Assembly: GCA_958295515.1 (NCBI GenBank)
Contig: CATQGW010000001.1
Location: 1,187,468 to 1,251,467 of the forward strand
Origin: an uncultured Dehalococcoidia bacterium
GTDB taxonomy: Bacteria; Chloroflexota; Dehalococcoidia; Bin125
DNA: 64,000 nt
Direction of reading: 5' to 3'
A program made the position numbers and the translations under genes. The notes under the pieces were generated by a model. The model worked only from the letters and a program-made list of their open reading frames with translations, had not been told where the DNA came from and did no database searches. Below are positions 35,340 through 48,143 of this stretch, piece after piece; position 1 is the first letter of the stretch; the number at the start of each line of letters is the position of its first letter.

Positions 35340-36287
35340 CTACGCGGCTTCAGCCGACTCCGCCTCCAGCTGCAGCGCCGCCTCCATCGCCGCAATCGCC
35401 ACCGTCACCTGCTCCGCCTCCGGCTCCCGAGTCGTCAGCGCCTGCAGCCACAAATTCGGCGCGAACAGCGTCGCCACGATTCGATGATGCCGATACAGCC
35501 CGCCGAAGCGAATCACTTCATACGCGGCCACCGCGATCACAGGCGCGAGCACAACGCGGCTGGTCAGATGCCACCAGAGCGGCGGATTGCCCAGCGCGGT
35601 GAAGATCACGACCGCCAGGACCGCGGCGACCAGCAGGAACGATGTGCCGCAGCGCGGATGCGCGCGGCTGTAGCGCGCCACCCGCTCCGGCGTCAGCGCG
35701 TCCCCCGCTTCCCAGGCCGCAATCGTCTTGTGCTCCGCGCCGTGAAACTGAAACACCCGCCGCACATCGGGCAGCCTGCCGATCAGCCACATATAGCCGA
35801 GCAGCATCAGCACCCGCAGCAGGCCCTCGATAATCACCGCCAGAATCGGCGGCGCGGATGTGTTCTCGATCCAGCGAGTAGCGAAGACCGGACTGAGCAG
35901 GAAGACGCCGACGCCGAAGCTCAACGCGATCAGCATCGTCACGATGTCCAGCGCGCGAATTCCGTCCAGATCGTCCTGCTCATCCTGTTCATCGCGCCCG
36001 TCTGCTTGCAGCGCCACCCGCTGCGCGAAGGTCAGCGCCCAGAAGCCCAGATACAGCGTTTCGGCCAGCGTCAGCGCGCCGCGCAGCAGCGGGATGCGCC
36101 GGAACCTGCCCGCGTAGGTCGCGCCCAAACGCCGCGAGCGCTGCGTCAGCGAACCATCCGAGCGGCGGCAGACCACGACCACGTGCCGCGGTCCGCGAAT
36201 CATCACACCTTCGGTGACGGCTTGCCCGCCGTAGCCCACCGCGCCGGAACGAATCGGCTGCTGGCGTCTCAGCGGAGGTTCGGACAT
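35340..36287 (-). CDS. DUF1385 (YqhQ-like) membrane protein
   Basis: YGGQAVTEGVMIRG, VFQFHGAEHK, HPRCGTSF, LQALTTREP; usual position after rpmE. Confidence 0.92.
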   Translation of the reverse strand: MSEPPLRRQQPIRSGAVGYGGQAVTEGVMIRGPRHVVVVCRRSDGSLTQRSRRLGATYAGRFRRIPLLRGALTLAETLYLGFWALTFAQRVALQADGRDEQDEQDDLDGIRALDIVTMLIALSFGVGVFLLSPVFATRWIENTSAPPILAVIIEGLLRVLMLLGYMWLIGRLPDVRRVFQFHGAEHKTIAAWEAGDALTPERVARYSRAHPRCGTSFLLVAAVLAVVIFTALGNPPLWWHLTSRVVLAPVIAVAAYEVIRFGGLYRHHRIVATLFAPNLWLQALTTREPEAEQVTVAIAAMEAALQLEAESAEAA

Positions 36288-36318
36288 GCGCGGCGTAAAG
36301 CGTCAGTCGGCGGCGCGG

Positions 36319-36531
36319 CTACTCAATCTCGGCGCTGATCCCGTAGCGCCGGCGGAAGCGTTCGACCCGCCCCGCGGTGTCCACGATCCGCTGCTCGCCG
36401 GTGTAGAACGGGTGGCAGGTGCTGCATACCTCAATGCGGATTTCCGCCTTGGTCGAGCGCGTCTCCCAGCTCTCGCCGCAGCCGCAGCGCACCGTCGCCA
36501 TCTGGTACTCGGGGTGAATTTCGGACCTCAT
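36319..36531 (-). CDS. rpmE: 50S ribosomal protein L31
   Basis: [28 protein letters not shown]. Confidence 0.97.
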   Translation of the reverse strand: MRSEIHPEYQMATVRCGCGESWETRSTKAEIRIEVCSTCHPFYTGEQRIVDTAGRVERFRRRYGISAEIE

Positions 36532-36809
36532 GAGCCATCCTCACCGGCAGCCTCGACCGGAATCACGCTGACCTGCTTGCGCCGTCCGCGCGCGTAGGGC
36601 GAAAACTTGATCGTGCCTTCGGCCAGCGCGAACAGCGTGTGATCGCGCCCCACGCCGACATGCTGGCCGGGGTGAATGCGCGTGCCGCGCTGCCGCACGA
36701 TGATCCCGCCGGTGCGCACGAACTGTCCGTCGAACAGCTTTACGCCCAAGCGCTTCGCGTTGCTGTCGCGCCCGTTGCGCGAGGAGCCTACGCCCTTCTT
36801 GTGCGCCAT
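36528..36809 (-). CDS. rpmA: 50S ribosomal protein L27
   Basis: [32 protein letters not shown]. Confidence 0.98.
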   Translation of the reverse strand: MAHKKGVGSSRNGRDSNAKRLGVKLFDGQFVRTGGIIVRQRGTRIHPGQHVGVGRDHTLFALAEGTIKFSPYARGRRKQVSVIPVEAAGEDGS

Positions 36810-36812
36810 TGC

Positions 36813-37250
36813 TTACTCCTCCTCGTCCGCCGCGCTCTCGCCCGCGTCTTCAACGACTTCGGGCTCCGGCTCGGGCTCGGACACCGCAGCGGGGGCAGGA
36901 CGCTCATACGTCCATGACTGGTCGCCCAGCGCGATCTCCGAGATGCGCAGGTGCGTCTGATGCTGGCGATGCCCGCGCAGGCGGCGGTAGCGCGTCTTGC
37001 TCTTGTACTTGAAGACGGAAATTTTGCGCCCGCGCCGCTGGTCGGCGATTTCGGCCTTGACCGAAGCCCCGTCCAGCGTCGGCGCGCCCACCGCCACCGC
37101 CCCGTCGTCGCCGCGCACCAGCAGCACATCCTCGAACGCCACCTCGTCGCCGCGCTCGCCGTCCAGCCGCTCCACCACCAGCCGCTGGCCGGGCGTCACT
37201 CGATACTGCTTGCCGCCGGTGCGAATCACGGCGTAGACATCGCTGCTCAT
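36813..37250 (-). CDS. rplU: 50S ribosomal protein L21
   Basis: YAVIRTGGKQYRV, GHRQ; acidic C-terminal extension. Confidence 0.97.
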   Translation of the reverse strand: MSSDVYAVIRTGGKQYRVTPGQRLVVERLDGERGDEVAFEDVLLVRGDDGAVAVGAPTLDGASVKAEIADQRRGRKISVFKYKSKTRYRRLRGHRQHQTHLRISEIALGDQSWTYERPAPAAVSEPEPEPEVVEDAGESAADEEE

Positions 37251-37347
37251 CGTTGCGTTCCCTGTGGCCTGTGCGGACTCTGTCTGCGTCTCTCTCAGCG
37301 TAGACCGCGCAGATGCAAGGTCAAGCCGCCGAGCGTGCAGCCCCTCG

Positions 37348-39375
<2,028 letters not shown>

Positions 39376-39554
39376 ATCCAGCGCCTCCCGCCGCCGCACA
39401 CGCCTCCCCGGCGCGCCGGCCAAGTCACTGCGAGCATACCGCAGCCGCCCCGCCCCTGCCGCCCCGCCTCACATCCCCTTCACGAACCCCATACCCCCGC
39501 GTTACTCCCCTCTCCCCGCGCGACAGCGGCGCCACACCTTTCTACCCTGCTCCG

Positions 39555-40211
39555 ATGATCACCAAACCCACCCGCCGCCGCGAACTCCGCCACTGGCGCG
39601 AGGGCGCAGCCGTCGTCGCCGGCGCCGACGAAGTCGGGCGCGGTCCCTGGGCCGGACCGCTCGTCGTCGGGGCCGTCGTCCTCCCGCCCAACCAGCGCCC
39701 AGCCTGGCTGCCGCTGCTGCGCGACAGCAAAGCGCTCAGCCCCCGCGCCCGCCGCGAGCTCGCGCCGCAAATCCACGCAGGCGCGCAGGACTCCGCGCTC
39801 GGCTGGGTAAATGCCGCCGAGCTCGACGAACTCGGACTCGCCGCCGCCCTGCGCCTCGCCTACCGGCGCGCCCTGCACGGACTCAGCAGCCCGCCCGATA
39901 TCGTGCTGGCCGACGGTACGGACCGGCTCGGCCTGCCCTGGCCGACCGAGATGGTCGTGCGCGGCGATGCGCGGGTCGCCTCGATCGCCGCCGCCTCAAT
40001 CATTGCGAAGGTCGCCCGTGACGACTACATGGCGGCGCTGGACGCGCGCTTTCCTCAGTTCGGCTTCGCGCGCCATCGCGGCTACGGCACGCCCGAACAC
40101 CGCGCCGCCCTCGCCGCCCACCCGCCCTGCCCCGAACACCGCCGCTGCTTCCGACCCGTCGCGCAGTCCGTCTGGTTCGCGCCGCAAGCAGGCGCTGGGC
40201 AGAGCCGCTGA
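39555..40211 (+). CDS. rnhB: Ribonuclease HII
   Basis: GADEVGRGPWAGP, LRDSKAL, SIAAASIIAKVARD, GYGT, HRRCF. Confidence 0.95.
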   Translation: MITKPTRRRELRHWREGAAVVAGADEVGRGPWAGPLVVGAVVLPPNQRPAWLPLLRDSKALSPRARRELAPQIHAGAQDSALGWVNAAELDELGLAAALRLAYRRALHGLSSPPDIVLADGTDRLGLPWPTEMVVRGDARVASIAAASIIAKVARDDYMAALDARFPQFGFARHRGYGTPEHRAALAAHPPCPEHRRCFRPVAQSVWFAPQAGAGQSR

Positions 40212-40548
40212 AGCGCTCGCCGCCCAATGGCTGCGCGCCCGCGGCTACCAGATCCTCGAACGTAACTACCGCCGACCCTGGGGCGAAGCCGACATCATCG
40301 CCCGCGACCCGCACGGCGTCACCGTGATCGTCGAGGTGCGCAGCCGCCGCGACCCGCACTACCCGCTCGAACTGCTCGAATCGGTCGGACCGCGCAAACA
40401 GCATCAGCTGCGCCGCCTCGCCCACGGCCTGCTCGCCGAGCGCGAGCGGCAGATTGAGATCCGCATCGACGTGATCGCCGTCTCGACCGGCCCCGACGGA
40501 CGCCTGCGCGTCGTCTCCCACATCCCCAACGCCGTCGCGGACCGCTGA
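40168..40548 (+). CDS. YraN family (UPF0102) endonuclease-like protein; no canonical start codon found
   Basis: RRKQALGRAAEALAAQWL..GYQILERNYR..GEADIIA..IVEVRSR..RIDVIAV; start coordinate approximate. Confidence 0.8.
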   Translation, partial: PSGSRRKQALGRAAEALAAQWLRARGYQILERNYRRPWGEADIIARDPHGVTVIVEVRSRRDPHYPLELLESVGPRKQHQLRRLAHGLLAERERQIEIRIDVIAVSTGPDGRLRVVSHIPNAVADR

Positions 40549-40580
40549 TCCGAGCACCCCGCGCCTATCCTGTCGCCACC

Positions 40581-40850
40581 ATGCCGATCTACGAATACCA
40601 CTGTCCGGCCTGCCGCCGCGCCGTCGAAGTCTTCCAGCGCCGCGCCCGCTCCGAGGGCGATGCGCCGCCGCCCTGTCCCGAGTGCGGCGGCGGCGATCTC
40701 CAGCCCCGCTTTTCGCGCTTTTCCGCTCGCTCCGAGCTCTCGTTCCCCGGCTTCGACACGATGGACGATGTCGACGAGAACGACCCCGAGTCGGTCGCCG
40801 CCTGGCGCAAATCCGCCGGCGCGCCCGAAGAGCTGCCCGCCGACCTGTAG
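40581..40850 (+). CDS. FmdB family zinc-ribbon protein
   Basis: MPIYEYHCPAC ... CPECGG. Confidence 0.88.
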   Translation: MPIYEYHCPACRRAVEVFQRRARSEGDAPPPCPECGGGDLQPRFSRFSARSELSFPGFDTMDDVDENDPESVAAWRKSAGAPEELPADL

Positions 40851-40868
40851 GCTGAGCGCGAGGTCCCG

Positions 40869-41213
40869 ATGCCGATCTACGAGTACCGCTGCCCCAGCTG
40901 CCGCGCCATCAACGAGGCCTTTCACCGCTCGCTGGAGCACGCCAAAGCGCCCGCCTGCGAGCAATGCGGCTCCGACGGCCTGCGTCGCGTCGTCTCCCGC
41001 TTCGCCACCCCCAAGACCGAGTCTCAGGTGCTCGAGCAATACGGCTCGCCCGGCCCCGGCGCAGGCCCCGACGCCTACCGCGACCCGCGCCAGATCGGCC
41101 GCTGGGCGGAGCAGCGCTTCGAAGAGATGGGCGTCGAAATGCCCGCCGAAGCCAAGCAAATGATCGACGCCGCCCGCGACGGCGACCTCCCCGCCCCCGT
41201 CAAAGACCTCTAG
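40869..41213 (+). CDS. FmdB family zinc-ribbon protein (second, tandem)
   Basis: MPIYEYRCPSC ... CEQCGS..LRRVVSRF. Confidence 0.88.
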   Translation: MPIYEYRCPSCRAINEAFHRSLEHAKAPACEQCGSDGLRRVVSRFATPKTESQVLEQYGSPGPGAGPDAYRDPRQIGRWAEQRFEEMGVEMPAEAKQMIDAARDGDLPAPVKDL

Positions 41214-41299
41214 CGCTGGCTACACTCGGCGCTAGAGGAGCCCCACCATGGCCACGCCCACACGCAAACCCCGCGGCCTGCCGCTCGACGCCTTCTTGC
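41109..41299 (+). repeat. 191-bp direct repeat, copy 1
   Basis: Matches 42064-42254 (offset 955) with 6 substitutions; covers the FmdB 3' end, a hairpin, RBS and first 17 codons of the next gene. Confidence 0.97.
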
Positions 41300-41556
41300 A
41301 CGACGGCCCGGTCGATCACGCGGACCGCGAGTGGCTCTTCCGCCAGGGCGCGCGCAACCGCGAATATTTCTGGGAGCGGCGCGACGAACTCATCCGCGAC
41401 CACCGGGGCAAGTGGGTAACGGTCTACGGCGATTGCCAGCTTGTCATCGGAGCTGACCGCGCCGAAATGCGCCGCAACATCCCGCTGGACGACCTCCGCG
41501 TCGCCTACACCGAACTGCTCGACGACCTGGTTGAGTGCCCAAGCATCTTCAGCTGA
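41248..41556 (+). CDS. Small DUF5678-like protein
   Basis: GAGGAG RBS; NREYFWERRDELIRDHRGKWVTVYGD resembles the DUF5678 pattern; TGATG overlap with the downstream protease. Confidence 0.65.
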   Translation: MATPTRKPRGLPLDAFLHDGPVDHADREWLFRQGARNREYFWERRDELIRDHRGKWVTVYGDCQLVIGADRAEMRRNIPLDDLRVAYTELLDDLVECPSIFS

Positions 41557-42065
41557 TGCCCGACGTCCGCGTTCCCGTCTGGGTTGAGCCGCCGCGCCGC
41601 CGATATCAGCCGCTACAGATGGAATCGTTCGGCCGCGTATTCGCCGATGCACTCGTCGCCGTTGGCTCGCGTGAGTGGTTCACACGCTTCCTAATCGACA
41701 CTGGCGCGGACTTCACAATCCTCAGCGCGGGCGACGCCGAAGACCTCCTTGTCGACGACTACCTGGCAATTGATTTCGAGCACGATCCGTTTCGCGTCGT
41801 CGTGGGCGGGATCGGCGGCCTCATGCGCTGCGTCGCGCGAGAAGCCGACCTTGCATTCCGCACGGAAGGCGGCGACGCGATCGATATTCGCACGCCCATT
41901 CTCGTCGCGGAGCGCGTCTACCTGCCCGATGGCAGACGACAAGCGGCGCCCCCCAGCCTGCTCGGACGCGACATCCTCGGGCGCGGCGCCCTCACGCTGG
42001 CGTGGCGATTGCCTGCTGAGCTCGAGCTGAGCAACCTCCCGCCCACCCCCTCGGCGCTGCGCTGA
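41556..42065 (+). CDS. Retropepsin-like (clan AA) aspartyl protease
   Basis: FLIDTGADFT catalytic motif, VGGIGG flap, LLGRDIL; ATG overlaps the upstream TGA. Confidence 0.85.
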   Translation: MPDVRVPVWVEPPRRRYQPLQMESFGRVFADALVAVGSREWFTRFLIDTGADFTILSAGDAEDLLVDDYLAIDFEHDPFRVVVGGIGGLMRCVAREADLAFRTEGGDAIDIRTPILVAERVYLPDGRRQAAPPSLLGRDILGRGALTLAWRLPAELELSNLPPTPSALR

Positions 42066-42254
42066 GCAGCGCTTCGAAGAGATGGGCGTAGAAATGCCCG
42101 CCGAAGCCAAGCAAATGATCGACGCCGCCCGCGACGGCGACCTCCCCGCCCCCGTCAAGGACCTCTAGCGCTGGCTACACTCAGCGCTAGAGGAGCCCCA
42201 CCATAGCCACGCCCACGCGCAAACCCCGCGGCCTGCCGCTCGATGCCTTCTTGC
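42064..42254 (+). repeat. 191-bp direct repeat, copy 2 (contains an orphan FmdB 3' fragment, 42064-42168)
   Basis: See copy 1; the start codon is ATA here instead of ATG. Confidence 0.97.
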
Positions 42255-42514
42255 CGACCGAGTCGTTCGACGAGGCCGATGCCAACGAGATCCACGAGCG
42301 GCGCTCCCGCAATCGGGAGTACCTCTTCAGCCGCTGGGACGAGCTGCTGCGCCTGCATCCCGGGCAGTGGGCGGCTGTCTACTGCGGCGACCAGCTTCTG
42401 ATTGGCGACGACGCAATGGAGCTGCGCCGCCGCATACCATCCGACGATGAGCGGCGCGAAGCCTTTATCTGGCAACTCGGCGATCCGCCCGGTGTCGTGA
42501 GCATCCCCGGGTGA
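42203..42514 (+). pseudogene. Second DUF5678-like gene with ATG>ATA start change
   Basis: Open frame from ATA 42203; same ATPTRKPRGLPLDAFL start, then divergent but alignable RNREYLFSRWDELLRLHPGQWAAVYCGD. Confidence 0.65.
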
Positions 42515-42565
42515 CGCCAAGCGCAGTTCGCATTGCGGCGTGGGTCGCGCCGCCGCGCCTTACTC

Positions 42566-42691
42566 CGTCATTTCTGCTTCCTCTTCCGTCATTCCCGCGA
42601 AAGCGGGAATCTCCCCGCTCGACCTCCCAAACCCCGCGATGAGATTCCCGCTCGGGGGCGGGAATGACGGAAGTGGCGGCGGGAATGATGG
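42566..42691. repeat. Inverted REP doublet with a 21-bp half-unit on each side
   Basis: CGTCAT at 42566 and 42587; CGTCATTCCCGCGAAAGCGGGAATCTC; reverse GAGATTCCCGCTCGGGGGCGGGAATGACGG; GGGAATGA at 42660 and 42681. Confidence 0.92.
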
Positions 42692-42905
42692 AAACGGGAG
42701 CCAAGCGGGTTACGCCAAGGTCTCTACATATGCAGGCGGCTGGAAGCCGCCGAGGGGGTTGGGCGAACGCCCCCGATTGCCCGACTGATCATCGCTCGAT
42801 ACATTGCCTGCGGCTTGCGTAGCGGCTCAGGCCGCCGCGCCTGGAACCGTGTTCGGCGCAGAGCTGGGACGCTCTGCGGCTCGCCGCCCGATTGGGAGGA
42901 TGCAG

Positions 42906-44975
<2,070 letters not shown>

Positions 44976-45015
44976 CCGCGCGAAGCCGCGCCGCGCCCTG
45001 AGCTGCGCCCACTTC

Positions 45016-45133
45016 CGTCATACCCGCGCCCACTTCCGTCATACCCGTGCTTGCCACGGGTATCCCGCCGTTCCCAGCACCAACATCGCTGCCCGCACCG
45101 CGAGATTGCCGCGGCGGGGCGCGGCAATGACGG
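45016..45133. repeat. Mixed REP doublet (ATACCCGTG stem plus reverse ATTGCCGCG stem) with 21-bp half-unit
   Basis: CGTCATACCCG at 45016 and 45037; ATACCCGTG-CTTGC-CACGGGTAT; GAGATTGCCGCG..CGCGGCAATGACGG at 45102-45133. Confidence 0.9.
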
Positions 45134-45224
45134 AGGGACTAGCGACAAATGCGCTCCCCGCACTTCGCCCACTACCCTCCTCCCATCGTTACAGAACGAT
45201 CAAGCCCCGAAAGGCCTGGCACTC

Positions 45225-46475
45225 ATGCGGAAGCACACGATGTTTGGGTTCATCGCCGGCGTTGGGGTCACCCTCGCCGCCGTCCTTGCCGTGATCGGCG
45301 CTGTCGCTTTGGCCGAATCCCGGTCGGACGAAGTCCGCGTGCAGGCGCGGCAGCTCGCCGATGGGCGGGTCGAGGTCGCTGTACAGCACCGCGCCGCGCC
45401 CGACGCCGACTGGAGCGAGCGCAGCGCGCCCGAACAGCGCTTCCTGCCCGCGAACGCGCCCGTTGGGCGCTGGCACTCCAGCAGCTCCGTCGCCGCCGAC
45501 CCGATGGCCGACGCCGTGGTCGCCGAGCCTCAGTTCTTCTGCCTCGTCACCCACGCCCACCCCGATGACCCCTTCTGGCGCACCGCCGAACTCGCCGCCT
45601 CCGAGAGGCGCTGGCCGCGCGACCTGCCCGGCATCAATGTCCGCATGAAGGGCAGCCCGGATGTCGTCGAACAGTCGCAACTCATCCGCGAATGCGTCGC
45701 CGACGGCGCGATCGCCATCGGCGTCACCCTCGCCGACCCCGACGGCGTCGCCGAAGCGATCCGCGAAGCCGCCGACGCAGGCGTCTGGGTGGTCACCTTC
45801 AACTCCGGCGACGAAGACTACATCCGCGTCGGCGCGAGTCGGCATGTCGGCGTCGACGAGGTACACGCCGGCGTGATCACCGCCGAACGAATCACCGCCG
45901 CCGGCGCCGAGGGCCCGGCTCTCTGCGTCATCCACGAGCGCCACAACGTCGGCCTCGAAGAGCGTTGCCGCGGCTTCGAGGACGCCTGGCCTGGCCGCGT
46001 CGAGCTGCTCCATGTTGAGGACACCGGCTTCACCGACCCGGCCGGCACCGCCGCGACCATCGCCGAACGGCTGCGCAGCGCCGACGAGCCCTTCGCCGCC
46101 GTGCTCACCCTCAACCACGCCATCGCCGCCGCCGCCATCGACGCCATTGACGCCGCCGAATCAGATGCCGTGCTCGCGACATTCGACTCCACGGCCGCAA
46201 CCCTCCGCGCGATCATCGACGGCGAAATTCTCTTCGCGGTCGAAACGTCGCCATTCAGCCAGACCTGGCTCGCCCTCTCCGCAATGCGCCACCTCGTCGT
46301 CAGCGGCGCCGGCATCCTCGCCGACTGGGGCGGGGAGGACGCCGTCGCAGCCCTGGGCCACCACGCGATCCTGATCCAGCCCCGCCTCTACACGATCGAC
46401 AACGCGCAATCGATCTACGAGCTGCTCACACGCATCTACGCCGCCCGCGCCACCCAAACCGCGTCCGAGGAGTAG
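45225..46475 (+). CDS. Sugar ABC-type substrate-binding protein (type I periplasmic-binding fold) with an extra N-terminal module
   Basis: Signal/TM segment; VTHAHPDDPFW, VVTFNSG, HVGVDE..AG, LCVIHE..NVGLEERCRG, LATFD. Confidence 0.8.
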   Translation: MRKHTMFGFIAGVGVTLAAVLAVIGAVALAESRSDEVRVQARQLADGRVEVAVQHRAAPDADWSERSAPEQRFLPANAPVGRWHSSSSVAADPMADAVVAEPQFFCLVTHAHPDDPFWRTAELAASERRWPRDLPGINVRMKGSPDVVEQSQLIRECVADGAIAIGVTLADPDGVAEAIREAADAGVWVVTFNSGDEDYIRVGASRHVGVDEVHAGVITAERITAAGAEGPALCVIHERHNVGLEERCRGFEDAWPGRVELLHVEDTGFTDPAGTAATIAERLRSADEPFAAVLTLNHAIAAAAIDAIDAAESDAVLATFDSTAATLRAIIDGEILFAVETSPFSQTWLALSAMRHLVVSGAGILADWGGEDAVAALGHHAILIQPRLYTIDNAQSIYELLTRIYAARATQTASEE

Positions 46476-46491
46476 CCGCAGCAGCAGCACC

Positions 46492-46527
46492 TCCGTCATA
46501 CCCGCGGCGGGGCGCGGGTATGACGGA
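46492..46527. repeat. Collapsed REP doublet hairpin between convergent genes
   Basis: TCCGTCATACCCGCG-GCGGGG-CGCGGGTATGACGGA. Confidence 0.9.
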
Positions 46528-46558
46528 AAAGGGCGCGCGCCGTCCCCGCACGCCCCAG

Positions 46559-46699
46559 TCAGCCTCGGTCCCGCTCTTCCTCACGCCCTGCCCGCTCGCG
46601 CAGCTGCGCGCTGACCGCGCGGCCTGCGTTGCCGGTGGCCAACACGGTGAGCAGCGCGCCGACCGTCAGCCCGATTGCCAAGCCCAGCAGAAACCGCAT
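46559..46699 (-). CDS. Small single-pass membrane protein (YtxH-like N-terminus), 46 aa
   Basis: MRFLLGLAIGLTVGALLTVLA..G...QLRER; GGGAGG RBS. Confidence 0.6.
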   Translation of the reverse strand: MRFLLGLAIGLTVGALLTVLATGNAGRAVSAQLRERAGREEERDRG

Positions 46700-46779
46700 C
46701 GCGCCCTCCCGCGTTTGTCGCCAGCCCAGCCTCACAATAGCGTGAGAGGCATCGCACCCCGCGCATCTGGAGCCGCCCC

Positions 46780-48111
46780 ATGACAACCACCGAACCCGCC
46801 CAATCCACCGTCTCGATGGATACCCTCGTCTCGCTCTGCAAGCGGCGCGGCTTCGTCTTCCCCGCCAGCGAAATCTACGGCGGCTTCGGCTCCACCTACG
46901 ACTACGGCCCGCTCGGCGTCGAACTCAAGCGCAACATTAAGGACGCCTGGTGGCGCGCGATGGTGCGCGAGCGCAGCGATGTGGTCGGCATCGACACCGC
47001 GATCATCCAGTCTCCCCGCGTCTGGGAAGCCAGCGGCCACGTGCAGAACTTCCACGACCCGATGGTCGACTGCCTCCAGTGCAAAGGCCGCTTCCGCGCC
47101 GACCACCTCGAAGGTCCTGCCTGCCCCACCTGCGGCGCTGCCGACTCCTTCACCGACGCCCGCGAGTTCAACCTGATGTTCCGCACCCACGTCGGCCCCG
47201 TTGAGGACGCCGCGGCCTCCGCCTATCTGCGCCCGGAAACCGCGCAGGGCATCTTCGTCAACTTCGAGAACGTGCTCAACGCCACGCGCCGCCGCCTGCC
47301 CTTCGGCATCGCCCAGCAGGGCAAGTCCTTCCGCAACGAGATCACGCTCGGCAACTTCATCTTCCGCACCCGCGAATTCGAGCAGATGGAGATGGAATAC
47401 TTCGTCGCGCCCGAGCAGTCCGACGAGTGGTACGCGCGCTGGATCGACCTCCGCGAGGCCTGGTACCACGAGCTCGGCATCCAGCCCGAGAACCTGCGCC
47501 GCGATGTCCACCCGCAGGAATCGCTCTCCCACTACTCCGCCGGCACCACCGACCTCCAGTACCGCTTCCCCTGGGGCTGGGACGAGCTGGAGGGCATCGC
47601 CAACCGCACGGACTTCGACCTCACCCAGCACGGCGAATCGTCGGGCAAGCGGCTCGAATACTTCGACCAGGCCGAGCAGCGCCACATCGTGCCCCACGTG
47701 ATCGAGCCCGCCGCCGGCGTGGATCGGATCATGCTCGCCCTGCTCTGCGACGCCTACCGCGTGCTGCCCGACGAGAAGGGCGACGACCGCGTGGTGCTCG
47801 CCTTCGCCCCGCGCATCGCCCCCGTCACCGTCGCCGTCCTGCCGCTCAGCCGCAAAGAGCCCGTCGCCGACCTCGCCCGCCAGGTCTGGGACCAGCTCCG
47901 CCCCCACTGGACCACGCAATACGACGATACCCAAAGCATCGGCCGCCGCTACCGCCGCCAGGACGAGATCGGCACGCCGCTCTGCGTCACCATCGACTTC
48001 GACTCGCTCGAAGACCACGCCGTCACGATCCGCGACCGCGACACCCAACAGCAGGAGCGGCTGCCCATCGCCGAGCTGGTCAACGCGCTGCGCACCCGCC
48101 TCAGCTTCTAG
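46780..48111 (+). CDS. glyQS: Glycine--tRNA ligase, alpha2 type
   Basis: CKRRGF..SEIYGG, FNLMF, YLRPETAQGIF, FRNEIT, FRTREFEQME, SIGRRYRRQDEIGTP. Confidence 0.97.
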   Translation: MTTTEPAQSTVSMDTLVSLCKRRGFVFPASEIYGGFGSTYDYGPLGVELKRNIKDAWWRAMVRERSDVVGIDTAIIQSPRVWEASGHVQNFHDPMVDCLQCKGRFRADHLEGPACPTCGAADSFTDAREFNLMFRTHVGPVEDAAASAYLRPETAQGIFVNFENVLNATRRRLPFGIAQQGKSFRNEITLGNFIFRTREFEQMEMEYFVAPEQSDEWYARWIDLREAWYHELGIQPENLRRDVHPQESLSHYSAGTTDLQYRFPWGWDELEGIANRTDFDLTQHGESSGKRLEYFDQAEQRHIVPHVIEPAAGVDRIMLALLCDAYRVLPDEKGDDRVVLAFAPRIAPVTVAVLPLSRKEPVADLARQVWDQLRPHWTTQYDDTQSIGRRYRRQDEIGTPLCVTIDFDSLEDHAVTIRDRDTQQQERLPIAELVNALRTRLSF

Positions 48112-48143
48112 CGCCGAGAACCCGCCACACCCGCCCAAGTGAC

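Noticed and set aside
41109-42254. Diversity-generating retroelement template/variable repeat pair
   Set aside because: Mismatches are not adenine-specific in one copy (C/A, A/G, G/A, G/A, A/G, C/T), are mostly synonymous, and no reverse transcriptase is in the window.
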